The notes under the pieces are model-generated. The model was not told the origin of the DNA. It made no database searches and saw only the letters and a program-made list of their open reading frames with translations. Shown here one piece after another: positions 9,578 through 19,459 of a stretch of 64,000 nt of DNA (position 1 is the first letter of the stretch; each line of letters opens with the position of its first letter). Origin of the DNA: an uncultured Desulfarculus sp. (lineage in GTDB: Bacteria > Desulfobacterota > Desulfarculia > Desulfarculales > Desulfarculaceae); NCBI GenBank assembly GCA_963665125.2, contig CAXXUK010000001.1, positions 992,001 to 1,056,000 on the forward strand, given 5' to 3'. Made by a program: the position numbers and the translations under genes.

Positions 9578-10072
9578 ATGATGTGGATCAACTCCAAGAA
9601 ATGGCTGGCTGTGGCCGCCGTATGCATTTTTACCATCTGTCTGACCGGGGCCGCCGCCGCCGAGGAACAGGCGAAAGTTTCTGGCGAATTTGTTGTAGAG
9701 GGCGCCTTCCAACCCGGTAAGGAGGTGAAGGCCCAATTGGAGCTGAATATAGCCAAGGGCTTCCATATAAACAGTGACCCCGACCAAAAGCCCATCGGCA
9801 TGCCTATGAATATCACCCTGGAGGCTGACAAGTCCCTTGAGTTGAAGGAAGTAGTCTATCCCAAAGCCAGCAAGGTCAGACTGGCCTTTTCAAAAGATCC
9901 GGCACCGGTCTTTGAGGACGAGGCGCAGTTTACCATCGTGCTAAAGGTCGCTTCCGATGCGGCCAAGGGCCAATACAAGGGCACGCTGGTGGTGGAATAC
10001 CAGGGATGTGACGACAACGTTTGCCACATGCCCGAATTACTGGAAATCCCCTTTGATTACGAGGTCGAATAA
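9578..10072 (+). CDS. Exported stand-alone DsbD N-terminal (Ig-like) domain protein
   Basis: Signal peptide; GFHINS, YPK, YQGCDDNVCHMP (C-x4-C pair typical of nDsbD). Confidence 0.8.
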   Translation: MMWINSKKWLAVAAVCIFTICLTGAAAAEEQAKVSGEFVVEGAFQPGKEVKAQLELNIAKGFHINSDPDQKPIGMPMNITLEADKSLELKEVVYPKASKVRLAFSKDPAPVFEDEAQFTIVLKVASDAAKGQYKGTLVVEYQGCDDNVCHMPELLEIPFDYEVE

Positions 10073-10130
10073 GACCTGCGTTCAAGCTGGTCCTGTTGAC
10101 TTGAAAAATATCGGATGTGCCCAAATGAGA

Positions 10131-10167
10131 GCGCCTTCCGGTCAAAGGCCGGAAGGCGTTTTTTATT
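10131..10167 (+). terminator. Intrinsic terminator
   Basis: GCGCCTTCCGG-tcaaagg-CCGGAAGGCGT followed by a T-run. Confidence 0.75.
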
Positions 10168-10174
10168 CGGATCG

Positions 10175-10804
10175 CTAATCTGTATTCTGACTCGTTGTGC
10201 TGTCGCTGGAGAGTTCATCCACGACTCCGGGGGCGTTGTCCGACAGGCGCTTGCGGATGATCCTCCCAACGATCACGGTGCCCACCATGACGGTGAGCAG
10301 CACGGCCACGACAATCTGCATGTTCTTAAACAGGCTCAGGTTGTTGGACAGCCATCCGCCAAAGAAATAACCCAGCCCGCCGAATGTGATGGTCCACAAC
10401 AGCGCCGAGGCGAAATTAAGCAGCATGAAGCGCCACGGTGGGATATGGGAAATGCCGCAGGCCAGGGGTATGACCATGCGCAGGCCGTAAAGAAAGCGTG
10501 AAGACAGAATAAGGGCCACGGCGTGCTTGCGTACCAGTTTTTTTACTTCGTCGGCTTTTCGGCTCATGCGCCTTGAACGGCGGAGAATGTCATTGCCCCG
10601 CCATAGACCCAGGAAGAAAAAAAGCTGGTCCCCGATAAAACCGCCGGCCATGGCTGCCAAGGCAACGTAATACGGATTGAGCAGTTGTTTGCGGGCGGCT
10701 ATGCCCGCCAGCAGAAAAAAGGTTTCTCCTTCGAGAAAGGTGCCCACAAAAAGGGCCCAATAGCCATAGCTGGTGATCGCTTGTTCTATAATATGATTTT
10801 CCAT
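10175..10804 (-). CDS. DedA-family membrane protein
   Basis: YGYWALFVGTFLEGE, GDQLFFFLG, SRFLYGLR, RFMLLNFASALLW. Confidence 0.9.
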   Translation of the reverse strand: MENHIIEQAITSYGYWALFVGTFLEGETFFLLAGIAARKQLLNPYYVALAAMAGGFIGDQLFFFLGLWRGNDILRRSRRMSRKADEVKKLVRKHAVALILSSRFLYGLRMVIPLACGISHIPPWRFMLLNFASALLWTITFGGLGYFFGGWLSNNLSLFKNMQIVVAVLLTVMVGTVIVGRIIRKRLSDNAPGVVDELSSDSTTSQNTD

Positions 10805-10980
10805 GAAATATTCGTACGGCTGGTTTTCGGCGGCCGTTTTCGCCCTGGAAGTTTAACCCAGGGTGATGGGCAGTAGCAAAGATTTTTCTGCAATGAGCCC
10901 TGGCAGGTATTAGTTTTTAAACATGAGGGGCGGCATATCGATTGCAGGCGTAAAATTGCGCTTGAAATTGGGAGATTGCG

Positions 10981-11199
10981 ATGACAACCAGAAGCCAAAA
11001 AAAGCATCAATGCCCTGATTGCAAGCAATGCCAGGGTTGTTCGGAGGCCAGGTGCAATTTATGCCGCGGCCAAGCAGGTTCCGACGCGTTCCAGTTTGCC
11101 GGGCTATCAATGGCCGAGCAGATTGCCTTGTTCGATGCGGTAAACAAGGGCGAGGCGCCGGAAGGCAATTACAGGCATGCCTGCTCCTGCGGCAAGTAA
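10981..11199 (+). CDS. Small cysteine-rich hypothetical protein
   Basis: GGAG SD; CPDCKQCQGCSEARCNLC and C-terminal CSC. Confidence 0.65.
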   Translation: MTTRSQKKHQCPDCKQCQGCSEARCNLCRGQAGSDAFQFAGLSMAEQIALFDAVNKGEAPEGNYRHACSCGK

Positions 11200-11228
11200 C
11201 CTCGAACTATTACCCGTAATACAAGCAA

Positions 11229-11258
11229 CCGCCCAATACGCCTAGGCGTATTGGGCGG
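11229..11258. repeat. Perfect 30-bp palindrome
   Basis: CCGCCCAATACGCCT|AGGCGTATTGGGCGG. Confidence 0.8.
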
Positions 11259-11276
11259 AAAATTCTTTGAAAAGGG

Positions 11277-11314
11277 TCTGGGAAAACCTTTCGTTTAAGA
11301 AAGGTTTTCCCAGA
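11277..11314. repeat. 16-bp inverted repeat (REP-like or terminator) after the fdh stop
   Basis: TCTGGGAAAACCTTTC-gtttaa-GAAAGGTTTTCCCAGA. Confidence 0.75.
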
Positions 11315-11320
11315 AATTAT

Positions 11321-14017
11321 TTATGAGGCCTTTGCCACCTTAACGGCGCAGACTTTCAACTCGGGAATCTTGGCCACGGGGTCAAGCTTCTTGTCGGTCA
11401 ACCGGTTGGCTGCCGCGTCGGCATAGTGGAACGGCAGGAAGATCAGCTTGGGTGAGACCCGATCGGTGATGTTGGCGGCCGCGGTTATCTCTCCGCGCCG
11501 GGAACTCACCCGCACCATGTCGCCATTGGCCACGCCCATGGCCGCCGCATCCGCCGGGTTGATCTCCACCTGGCAAACCGGGGCCAGATCGTTTACACCC
11601 TTGGCCCGCTTGGTCATGGTGGCCGTATGGTACTGATAGAGCACGCGGCCGGTGGTCAGGGTGAACGGGTAGCCCGCATCGGGCAACTCGGCCGGCTCCT
11701 GGTGCTCCACTACGCTGAACATGCCCTTGCCCCTGGTGAACTGGGCCGTGTGGAGGACGGGCGTGCCCTTGTGTTTGACATCGGGGCAGGGCCATTGCAG
11801 GCTGCCCAGTTTTTCCAAACGAGCGTAGGTGATGCCGGCGTAGCTGGGGGTGACCTCGGAAATCTCGGTCATGATCTGTTTGGGGCTGCGGTAATTCCAG
11901 TCTAGGCCCACGCGCTTGGCCAACTCGTTGATCACCCACCAGTCGGCTTTGGCCTGGCCGGGGGCGTCAACGGCCTTGCGCACCAGCTGCACCCTGCGTT
12001 CAGTGTTGGAGAAGGTGCCGTCTTTTTCAGCCCAACATGCCGTGGGCAGGACCACGTCGGCCAGGGCGGCCGTCTCGGTGAGGAATATATCCTGGACCAC
12101 CAGGAATTCGCATGACTCCAGCGATTCGATGACGTGACGGGAGTCCGGGTCTGAAACAGCCGGGTTTTCACCCATGACAAACAGGAACTTGACATCGCCG
12201 TGGTGTATGGCATCCATCATCTCGGTGACGGTGAGGCCGGGCTTGTCGCCAAGGCCCTTGGCGCCCCAGGCGGTTTCCATCTTGCCCCTGGCCGCCAGGT
12301 CGGCGACAGGCTGGTAGCCGCTGAACACGTTGGGCAGGCCGCCCATGTCGCAGGCGCCCTGGACGTTGTTTTGGCCCCTGAGGGGGTTGACGCCGGTGCC
12401 GGGCCGTCCGATTTGACCGCAGAGCATGGACAGATTGGCCAGGCTCTTGACGTTGTCCGTGCCGTTGGTGTGCTGGGTGATGCCCATGGCATAGAAGATG
12501 GCCGCGCTTTCACTGGTGGCGTAGAGCCGGGCAGCCGCGCGGATGTCTTCCGCCGGAACGCCGGTGATCTCGGCGACCTTTTCGGGCGTGTATTTGGCCA
12601 CGCACTCTTTGAGCGCCTCAAAGTTTTCCGTGCGTTCATCGATGAACTTCTGGTTTTGCAGTCCTTCGGCGATGATGACGTTCATCATGCCGTTGATCAG
12701 GGCAGCGTCCGTGCCCGGGCGCTGGCGAAGCCACAGTTCCGCATCCTGGACCAGGCCGATCTTGCGGGGGTCGCAGACTATCAGCTTGCCGCCGTTGCGG
12801 GTGACATTTCGCCGCAGGACCGTACCGATGACCGGGTGGTTTTCAGTAGTGTTTGATCCGATGACCAGCATGCAGTCTGTGTTTTCCATCTCGGCGATGG
12901 AGTTGGTCATCGCGCCGCTTCCGAATGATGCCGCCAGACCGGCGACAGTGGAGCTGTGTCAGAGACGGGCGCAGTGATCGACATTGTTGGTGCCGAACCC
13001 CGCGCGGAAAAGCTTCTGGAAGAGGTAGTTTTCTTCGTTGGTAACCCTTGCCGAGGCCAGCCCGGCCAGGGCGTTTGCGCCGCTGTCGGCGGCGGCGGCC
13101 TTCATTTTGGAGGCGACAAGGTCGAGGGCCTCATCCCAGGAGGCCTCGCGGAACTGGCCGTTCTCCTTGATCAGCGGCGAGGTCAGGCGGTCGGGGCTGT
13201 CGATGAAGTCATAACCGAAACGGCCCTTGACGCAGAGGCGGCCCTGGTTTGGTTCGCCGACTTCCGCGGCCATGACCTTGACCACCTTGTTGTCCTTGAC
13301 ATGCAGTTCCATCTGGCAGCCGACACCGCAGTATGGGCAGGTGGTGCGGACCTTCTCCATCTCCCAGGAACGGCCTACGCCCTTGGCCTTTTTTTCGGTC
13401 AGGGCGCCGGTGGGGCAGACCTGCACGCACTGGCCGCAGAATACGCAGTCGCTGAGGTGGTAGGGCTGATCGCCGGCGGTAACTATCTTGCTGGCCGCGC
13501 CCCGGTAGCCGTAGCCGATGGCCCGGTTGACCTGTAATTCGTTACAAGCCTGGACGCAACGGCCGCAGAGGATGCACTTGCTGAAATCCCGGATAATCAG
13601 GGGGTTCATATCCTCGATGGGATAATTGGTGGTCCGGCCCGTGAAACGCACCATATCAACGCCGTAATCATAGGCAAGCTGCTGCAATTTGCAGTCGCCG
13701 TTGGCCTCGCAAACCAGACAGTTGTGGTCGCCGCTGGATAGAAGCAATTCCAGGTTTAGCTTGCGGCTGGCAATGACCTCAGGGGTGTCGGTCTGAATCT
13801 CCATGCCTTCGCCGGCCGGCACGGTGCAGGAGGCCATGAGGCTGCGGGCGCCCTTTATGGCTACCAGGCACATGCGGCAGGCTCCGGTGGGCGTGGCATC
13901 CTTGAGATGGCACAGGGTGGGAATTTCCACTCCATTGTCCCTGGCGACTTCAAGGATGGTTTGCCCAGGCTGGAAACCGACAACCTTGCCATTCAAGGTG
14001 AGAGTAGGTTTGGCCAT
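11321..14017 (-). CDS. fdhF: Selenocysteine-containing cytoplasmic formate dehydrogenase alpha subunit (FdhF/NuoG-like Fe-S N-terminus, Mo/W-bisPGD)
   Basis: Two track ORFs are in frame across TGA at 12959-12961: [26 protein letters not shown]; 2Fe-2S and 4Fe-4S motifs, CPYCGVGC, LRGQNNVQG; no Tat signal. Confidence 0.92.
12929..12947 (-). promoter_or_regulatory. Bacterial SECIS hairpin
   Basis: UGUCGCC-GGUCU-GGCGGCA starts 11 nt 3' of the in-frame UGA and resembles the E. coli fdhF SECIS apical region. Confidence 0.8.
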
Positions 14018-14195
14018 GTCTTTCTCCGGTAATTAAAAAGGCCTTATTAGTGCCTTGTTTTTTTTAGAACCTATGAATTATGCCAAAACGAGATGCAAGT
14101 CAATAACCAGGTGTGATTGTGAAGGGCTAATTTGCATGTCAAATTGGGCATATATCAAAACTGACATATCATTGAAGCTTGCGGTCAATATAGAA

Positions 14196-14257
14196 TTATC
14201 ATGTGATAAATAATTGTTGACATTGCCCTGGTGGATGTTTTATCGATTGATAAAACA
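14196..14257. promoter_or_regulatory. Two TTATC-N4-GATAA palindromes (putative TetR operators) around a TTGACA -35
   Basis: TTATC-atgt-GATAA (14196-14209), TTGACA (14217-14222), TGTTTTATC-gatt-GATAAAACA (14236-14257). Confidence 0.6.
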
Positions 14258-14279
14258 ATGCATGGAGGTTTAAGCCTGT

Positions 14280-14864
14280 ATGGGCAGAAAAAGTGTCGCC
14301 GACATACGCCGCAAGGAGATTCTTGACGCATATGAAGCTTGCGTCAGGGACTATGGCTTTCACCAGTCGAGCACCAGGAAAATAGCCGAAATCGCCGGGG
14401 TCAAACAACCGGCCATTGCTCACTATTTCGGCAACAAGGCCAGTCTGGTTCAGGCGCTGGTCGAAAAGGTAGGGGGCTACTATCTGTCCCGGCTTGAACA
14501 AACCCTGGAGGAGACCACCGGTGAGCAGCGGTTGGAAAAGGCCCTGGATTGGTTGTTCGGGCCCGATTTCCTGGGGCAACGGACAAAACAGCGCCCCCTG
14601 GCGGAATTGCTGGCGGCGGCCCGGCGCGATGACGACCTGCGCCAAAAGGTGGTGGAAATGTACAAGACATTTCTCTCCGCCTGCGAAGCGGAGTTGCGCA
14701 AGGTTTTTCCCGAAGCGCCCGAGGAAAAAACCAGACAGGTGGCCTATGGCGTATTGAGCATGGGTTCCGGTAACGACCTGATGGTCAGTATCGGCCTGGC
14801 ATATACAAACCGGAATTTGGCAAGGCGTTGCGCCGAGCAATTGATAATGAGCTTGCAGGGATAA
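14280..14864 (+). CDS. TetR-family transcriptional regulator
   Basis: N-terminal HTH RRKEILDA...STRKIAEIAGVKQPAIAHYFGNK. Confidence 0.9.
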   Translation: MGRKSVADIRRKEILDAYEACVRDYGFHQSSTRKIAEIAGVKQPAIAHYFGNKASLVQALVEKVGGYYLSRLEQTLEETTGEQRLEKALDWLFGPDFLGQRTKQRPLAELLAAARRDDDLRQKVVEMYKTFLSACEAELRKVFPEAPEEKTRQVAYGVLSMGSGNDLMVSIGLAYTNRNLARRCAEQLIMSLQG

Positions 14865-14904
14865 AAAGCGTTTACCATCGTCGGCATTGAATAAAGAGGA
14901 TCAG

Positions 14905-16134
14905 ATGGCGAAAAATAACAGAAAGAAAACCAGCTGGCTGCGCATCACATTAATTACCTTTGTTGCGCTGCTGCTTGTCGCCGCTGTTGCGGGCGTCTGG
15001 AAACATCGTGAAATCTACAGATTCTACAAGGTGGTCACCCTGTTCAACGAAGACCAGATAGTAGACAACTTCCGCAATATGGCCGGTATATTCCCCTTTC
15101 GCGAGGTGAAGAGGGAAGGCCCCGTGTTTGAATTCGGTTCGGCGCCCCAACCGCTTCCAGAGACATTTTCCTACAACGACAAGGACTACAACACCAGGCA
15201 GATGCTCAAGGACACATGGACCACCGGCCTGATAATCATCAAGGACGACAAAATCTGCTTTGAAGAGTATTACCTGGGCAACACGCCCGACACGCACAAT
15301 ATATCCTGGTCCGTGGGCAAGTCCTTTGTTTCGGCCCTGGTGGGCATAGCCCTGGCCGAAGGCAAGATCAAGAACATCAACCAACCAGTTTCGGATATCG
15401 TGCCCCAGCTCAAGGGCACGGGCTATGACGGCGTTGCGCTCAAGGACGTCTTGCAGATGTCGTCCGGGGTGCAATTCAACGAGGATTACGCCGACTACGG
15501 ATCCGACATCAACCGCATGGGGCGCACAATCGCCTTGGGCAGTTCCATCAACGGGTTCGCGGCCAGCCTAGAATCACAGCGCAAGCCGGGCACCTATCAC
15601 CACTATGTAAGTATGGACACGCAAGTCCTGGGCATGGTTCTCCAGCAGGCCACGGGCAAGAGCCCCTCGGAATATCTGCAAGAGAAAATCTGGAAAAAGA
15701 TCGGAATGCAGTCCGATGCCAAATGGGTCGTCGACGACTTTGGCATGGAACTGGTGTTCGGCACCCTCAACGTGACCTTGCGGGATTTCGCCCGCTTCGG
15801 CCGGTTGTATTTGAACAACGGCAACTGGAACGGCGAACAGGTCGTCCCGGCACAGTGGGTCAAGGACTCCACCACGCCGGACGCGCCTCATCTCCAGCCG
15901 GGCAAGAATCCCCTATCATCTTCCCGGTGGGGCTACGGCTACCAGTGGTGGATTCCCGAACACCCCAAGGGCGACTTCATGGCCCTGGGCGTGCATGGTC
16001 AGTACATCTACGTGAACCCGGACAATAAGGTGGTCATCGTGAAAAATTCTGCTGACCCGACCTGGAAATCCGGGCAAGATAGAAACTACATGGTTGTGGA
16101 GGCATTGCAGAGCATTGCCGAGCAATTGAAATAA
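14905..16134 (+). CDS. Serine hydrolase, beta-lactamase/class C-like family, with N-terminal membrane anchor
   Basis: SxxK (SWSVGKS), LQMSSG, HYVS, RDFARFG, YGYQWW, ALGVHGQ. Confidence 0.85.
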   Translation: MAKNNRKKTSWLRITLITFVALLLVAAVAGVWKHREIYRFYKVVTLFNEDQIVDNFRNMAGIFPFREVKREGPVFEFGSAPQPLPETFSYNDKDYNTRQMLKDTWTTGLIIIKDDKICFEEYYLGNTPDTHNISWSVGKSFVSALVGIALAEGKIKNINQPVSDIVPQLKGTGYDGVALKDVLQMSSGVQFNEDYADYGSDINRMGRTIALGSSINGFAASLESQRKPGTYHHYVSMDTQVLGMVLQQATGKSPSEYLQEKIWKKIGMQSDAKWVVDDFGMELVFGTLNVTLRDFARFGRLYLNNGNWNGEQVVPAQWVKDSTTPDAPHLQPGKNPLSSSRWGYGYQWWIPEHPKGDFMALGVHGQYIYVNPDNKVVIVKNSADPTWKSGQDRNYMVVEALQSIAEQLK

Positions 16135-16231
16135 CCCGCGGCCTGGCGAACGGGGCCGCCCGCGCGTAAAATAACGCGCGATGTGCCGCCGCCGGGGCGG
16201 CATTGGTTCTTATGTTTGGGAGGATTTTAGG

Positions 16232-17248
16232 ATGTCTGCTGAATGGTACGTTGCCGATGGCGGCCAGAGCAAGGGCCCCTATGACAAACAACAACTGCGA
16301 GAAATGCTGGCCAGCGGCAGCATAGGCCCCGAAACCATGGTTTGGGGGCCGGATGTCAGCGAATGGTCGCCCCTGGGCACCCTGGGCTTCTTGCAGGAGC
16401 AGCTCAGCCCCAAATCGCCGCCGCCGCCGCCCAAGAACGCCACTTCGGCCGATGTTATTGACTACCGCATCGAAGGCAACGAGATGCAGTTCGTGGAAAT
16501 CGAGCTGGACCCGGGAGAGTCGGCAGTGGCCGAGGCCGGGGCCATGCTCTATATGACCGATGACATCCAGATGGAGACTATTTTCGGCGATGGTAGGCGC
16601 ACGGCCAAGAAGTCCGGCGGCCTGATGGATTCACTGCTGGGAGCGGGCAAACGCCTGCTAACCGGCGAAAGTCTGTTCATGACAATCTTCACCCATAAAG
16701 GCAGCTCGCCAAAGGCTCATGTGGCATTCGGCGCGCCCTACGCGGGCAAGATTATCCCCATGCATCTCAACGAGCTTGGCGGTGAACTGATCTGCCAAAA
16801 AGACGCCTTTTTGTGCGCGGCCCGGGGCGTGGCCCTGGAGATAGCCTTCCAGAAGAAGATCGGCGCGGGCCTGTTCGGCGGCGAGGGTTTCATCATGCAG
16901 CGCCTGTTGGGCGACGGCCTGGCCTTTGTCCACGCCGGAGGCACCGTCTTTGAAAAAGACCTCCAGCCCGGCGAAAAGCTGCGGGTTGACACCGGCTGCC
17001 TGGTGGCCCTGATGCCCAGCGTCAATTATGACGTGGAGTTCGTCGGCGGCATAAAAACGGCCTTTTTCGGTGGCGAGGGCCTTTTCTTCGCCACCTTGCG
17101 CGGGCCCGGCCGGGTCTGGCTGCAATCGCTGCCCCTCAGCCGTCTGGCCGACCGCATCTACGCCGCGGCCAAGCAGGGCGGCGGCCAGCAAAAAGGCGAG
17201 GGCAGCCTGCTGGGCGGCGCCTTGGGCACTTTCTTCAATAACGACTGA
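16232..17248 (+). CDS. GYF_2 (DUF4339) domain fused to AIM24/TIGR00266 domain
   Basis: [13 protein letters not shown]...[11 protein letters not shown], then [36 protein letters not shown]. Confidence 0.85.
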   Translation: MSAEWYVADGGQSKGPYDKQQLREMLASGSIGPETMVWGPDVSEWSPLGTLGFLQEQLSPKSPPPPPKNATSADVIDYRIEGNEMQFVEIELDPGESAVAEAGAMLYMTDDIQMETIFGDGRRTAKKSGGLMDSLLGAGKRLLTGESLFMTIFTHKGSSPKAHVAFGAPYAGKIIPMHLNELGGELICQKDAFLCAARGVALEIAFQKKIGAGLFGGEGFIMQRLLGDGLAFVHAGGTVFEKDLQPGEKLRVDTGCLVALMPSVNYDVEFVGGIKTAFFGGEGLFFATLRGPGRVWLQSLPLSRLADRIYAAAKQGGGQQKGEGSLLGGALGTFFNND

Positions 17249-17365
17249 TGCAATTCAACCACGGTTGACCACGAGCCGGGCCTTTGGTCTGGCTCTGTTT
17301 TTTTGGTATCGGCGTTACCGTGTGATAGGCTTGAACCGGAAGGGCTGATTTTATGGGGGAAAACA

Positions 17366-17581
17366 ATGGAAGATAAAACAGCGTCTCCAGGACAACGCGG
17401 CGTTCCAAGATGCGACAGGTGCGGCGGCCAGCTCACTGCCGAATCCAGCTTTCGGCATCTTTCCGAAGTGTTGTGCGAAGAATGCTATATTCAGGCCCGC
17501 ATGCCTCTCAAACGCAAGACCCATTGGCAATACATCGGGTCCATCAAGGGCCAGTACTTCCGCGAAACCAGTGTAGATTAA
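17366..17581 (+). CDS. Small hypothetical zinc-finger-like protein
   Basis: GGGGGA SD; CDRC and CEEC pairs. Confidence 0.55.
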   Translation: MEDKTASPGQRGVPRCDRCGGQLTAESSFRHLSEVLCEECYIQARMPLKRKTHWQYIGSIKGQYFRETSVD

Positions 17582-17613
17582 CTACAGTTCGAAGGCATTA
17601 CGCCTTGGAAAAT

Positions 17614-19284
17614 CTAATAAAGAATTGAGCCTACATATGAATACCAGCTTTCTGCTGCAATCAAAAATATTACAGTAAGGAAAATAGTTAAAGCAGCTAA
17701 AACAACATAACCACCTAAATCTAATTTTCTACACCATCCTTTGCCGCCTAATAATTCCGCAGCCTTGTTCTGGCTCCAAAACGCTTGAACCAAAGAAGAT
17801 AAAAACATAAAAAATAACCATAGATTTAGCCCTGTATTACCGTACCTGTAAAACCCTATGGCGGAGAGCAGTAAAGCTATCGGTACTACAAACCACAGAA
17901 AAACTACTGCCAGCCACGCACGCCAGCGCCCATGTCTTAGGCGATCTTTAAAGGAGGAACCTGACTGCCCCGAAAAATGGTGATTTTCAAGACGAGTATA
18001 ATTTATGGGCAACCAAAGGTCGGGGTACTCGTAGATTTTGGAGCCGTCGGGGAAAACGGCAGGTAACCGCTCCACGGTTTCCCATAGCCTATTCGTATAA
18101 AACAAGAATACGCTTTGCCACATAATAAGAATGACCGGGGCACACCATGCAAGGGTATCGGCTGTTACTTGAAGATCAAAATTAAGTATTTTTACCTTAT
18201 GATCATGGGAAAGCAAAAAGGAGCAGGCGACTATGAACATGCAGAACAATACGATTGGCGTGAATAGTTTGCGAGCGTAGCCGGCAGCCTTTGCAGCGGC
18301 ATCCTTGACCGGAAAGTCCGCTATATGCCGAGGTAGGACCGCACCATTGAGATCTAGACCCTTAAGTTGAGTGCTTTCTAGACCAACAGCAAATTCCAAA
18401 TTAATTCTGCGTGTGTCTGAGTTCGAGAAACTCACTCTTGGTATCTCGGTTGGTTCCGTTGGTCCACCAAATGATGCTCCCTGAAGGATCGCACATTCCA
18501 TTCGGGAATCATTTAACCTTGAATTGAGGAACCGAGTATGGCCAAGATGTGTTCCTTTGAAAACACATTGAAATAAATCACATTTGTTAAATATTGCAAA
18601 ATTTAGGTTCGTATCGTTACTAAACTCACATTCTATGAAAAATATCCCATCAGGCAAGTATGAGCCAATCATGTTTGCGTGGATGAATTTGCATAATTCA
18701 AACTTAACGTCATCAAATTTATTATTGATTGCTTGTGCTGGTTTTTGCTCTTGCCATGTTATCGAATGAAATTCACAATTCTTAAAACTAACTGAATTCA
18801 GAGCTATATTGTTAAGGGTTGAGCCATGGAAACAAATTTTTTCTAGAATGCAATCCCTCATGGAAACGCCAGACATTTTTGCTTCTATAAACTCTGTGTC
18901 CTCTTTGAGCGTACACCCTTCGAAGAAAGTGTAACGGAATTCTATTTTGTTAAATTTTGTATTCTTAAAGGTACAATTTTTAAACAGGGTTGTACCTCTC
19001 CCCTTTTCTCTATTTGAATCGCGATTTGAAGAAAACTGAGCTTCAGTAAAATTGGCATAAGAAAGATCGACATCTAGGAACTTGGTCCTGCCGAGGTCAA
19101 ACTGCGTTAGAACAATACCTCTAAAATCAAGGGTGGTAGTATCGCCCTCGTTGAGTGTTTCATATCTTCTGTTTAGAGATTCGCGCAGGTTTTGCCATTC
19201 GGACTCGGATGGCATTATGCCCCACCAGGGTCCTTTTGGGCTATCTGGAAGATTCTCCATCATGGTTCCCCCTGATTTAGACAT
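17614..19284 (-). CDS. Pentapeptide-repeat protein with C-terminal transmembrane helices (AT-rich)
   Basis: Repeats such as DLSYANFTEAQF, FKNCTFKNTKF, LQGASF; about 5 hydrophobic segments at the C-terminus. Confidence 0.8.
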   Translation of the reverse strand: MSKSGGTMMENLPDSPKGPWWGIMPSESEWQNLRESLNRRYETLNEGDTTTLDFRGIVLTQFDLGRTKFLDVDLSYANFTEAQFSSNRDSNREKGRGTTLFKNCTFKNTKFNKIEFRYTFFEGCTLKEDTEFIEAKMSGVSMRDCILEKICFHGSTLNNIALNSVSFKNCEFHSITWQEQKPAQAINNKFDDVKFELCKFIHANMIGSYLPDGIFFIECEFSNDTNLNFAIFNKCDLFQCVFKGTHLGHTRFLNSRLNDSRMECAILQGASFGGPTEPTEIPRVSFSNSDTRRINLEFAVGLESTQLKGLDLNGAVLPRHIADFPVKDAAAKAAGYARKLFTPIVLFCMFIVACSFLLSHDHKVKILNFDLQVTADTLAWCAPVILIMWQSVFLFYTNRLWETVERLPAVFPDGSKIYEYPDLWLPINYTRLENHHFSGQSGSSFKDRLRHGRWRAWLAVVFLWFVVPIALLLSAIGFYRYGNTGLNLWLFFMFLSSLVQAFWSQNKAAELLGGKGWCRKLDLGGYVVLAALTIFLTVIFLIAAESWYSYVGSILY

Positions 19285-19459
19285 GCCTCTACAACATGCA
19301 CATGGTGGTTGTTTAAATCAACCATGTTAACCTTGGATTGGCTTAAAATATTATGGTAATTAAATGAGGTAAAATAGACATACACATTGGGCCGATATGG
19401 CCCCATGCATATAAAATTAACGAGAAAATAGCCATAAATTATAGATTTGCTCCGCCCGG

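Noticed and set aside
12959..12961. Nonsense mutation making fdh a pseudogene
   Set aside because: UGA lies at the Sec/Cys ligand position, is in frame, and is followed by a SECIS
14070..14090. sigma54 promoter for fdh (TGGCATAATTCATAG on the minus strand)
   Set aside because: The -12 GC is absent at the required spacing
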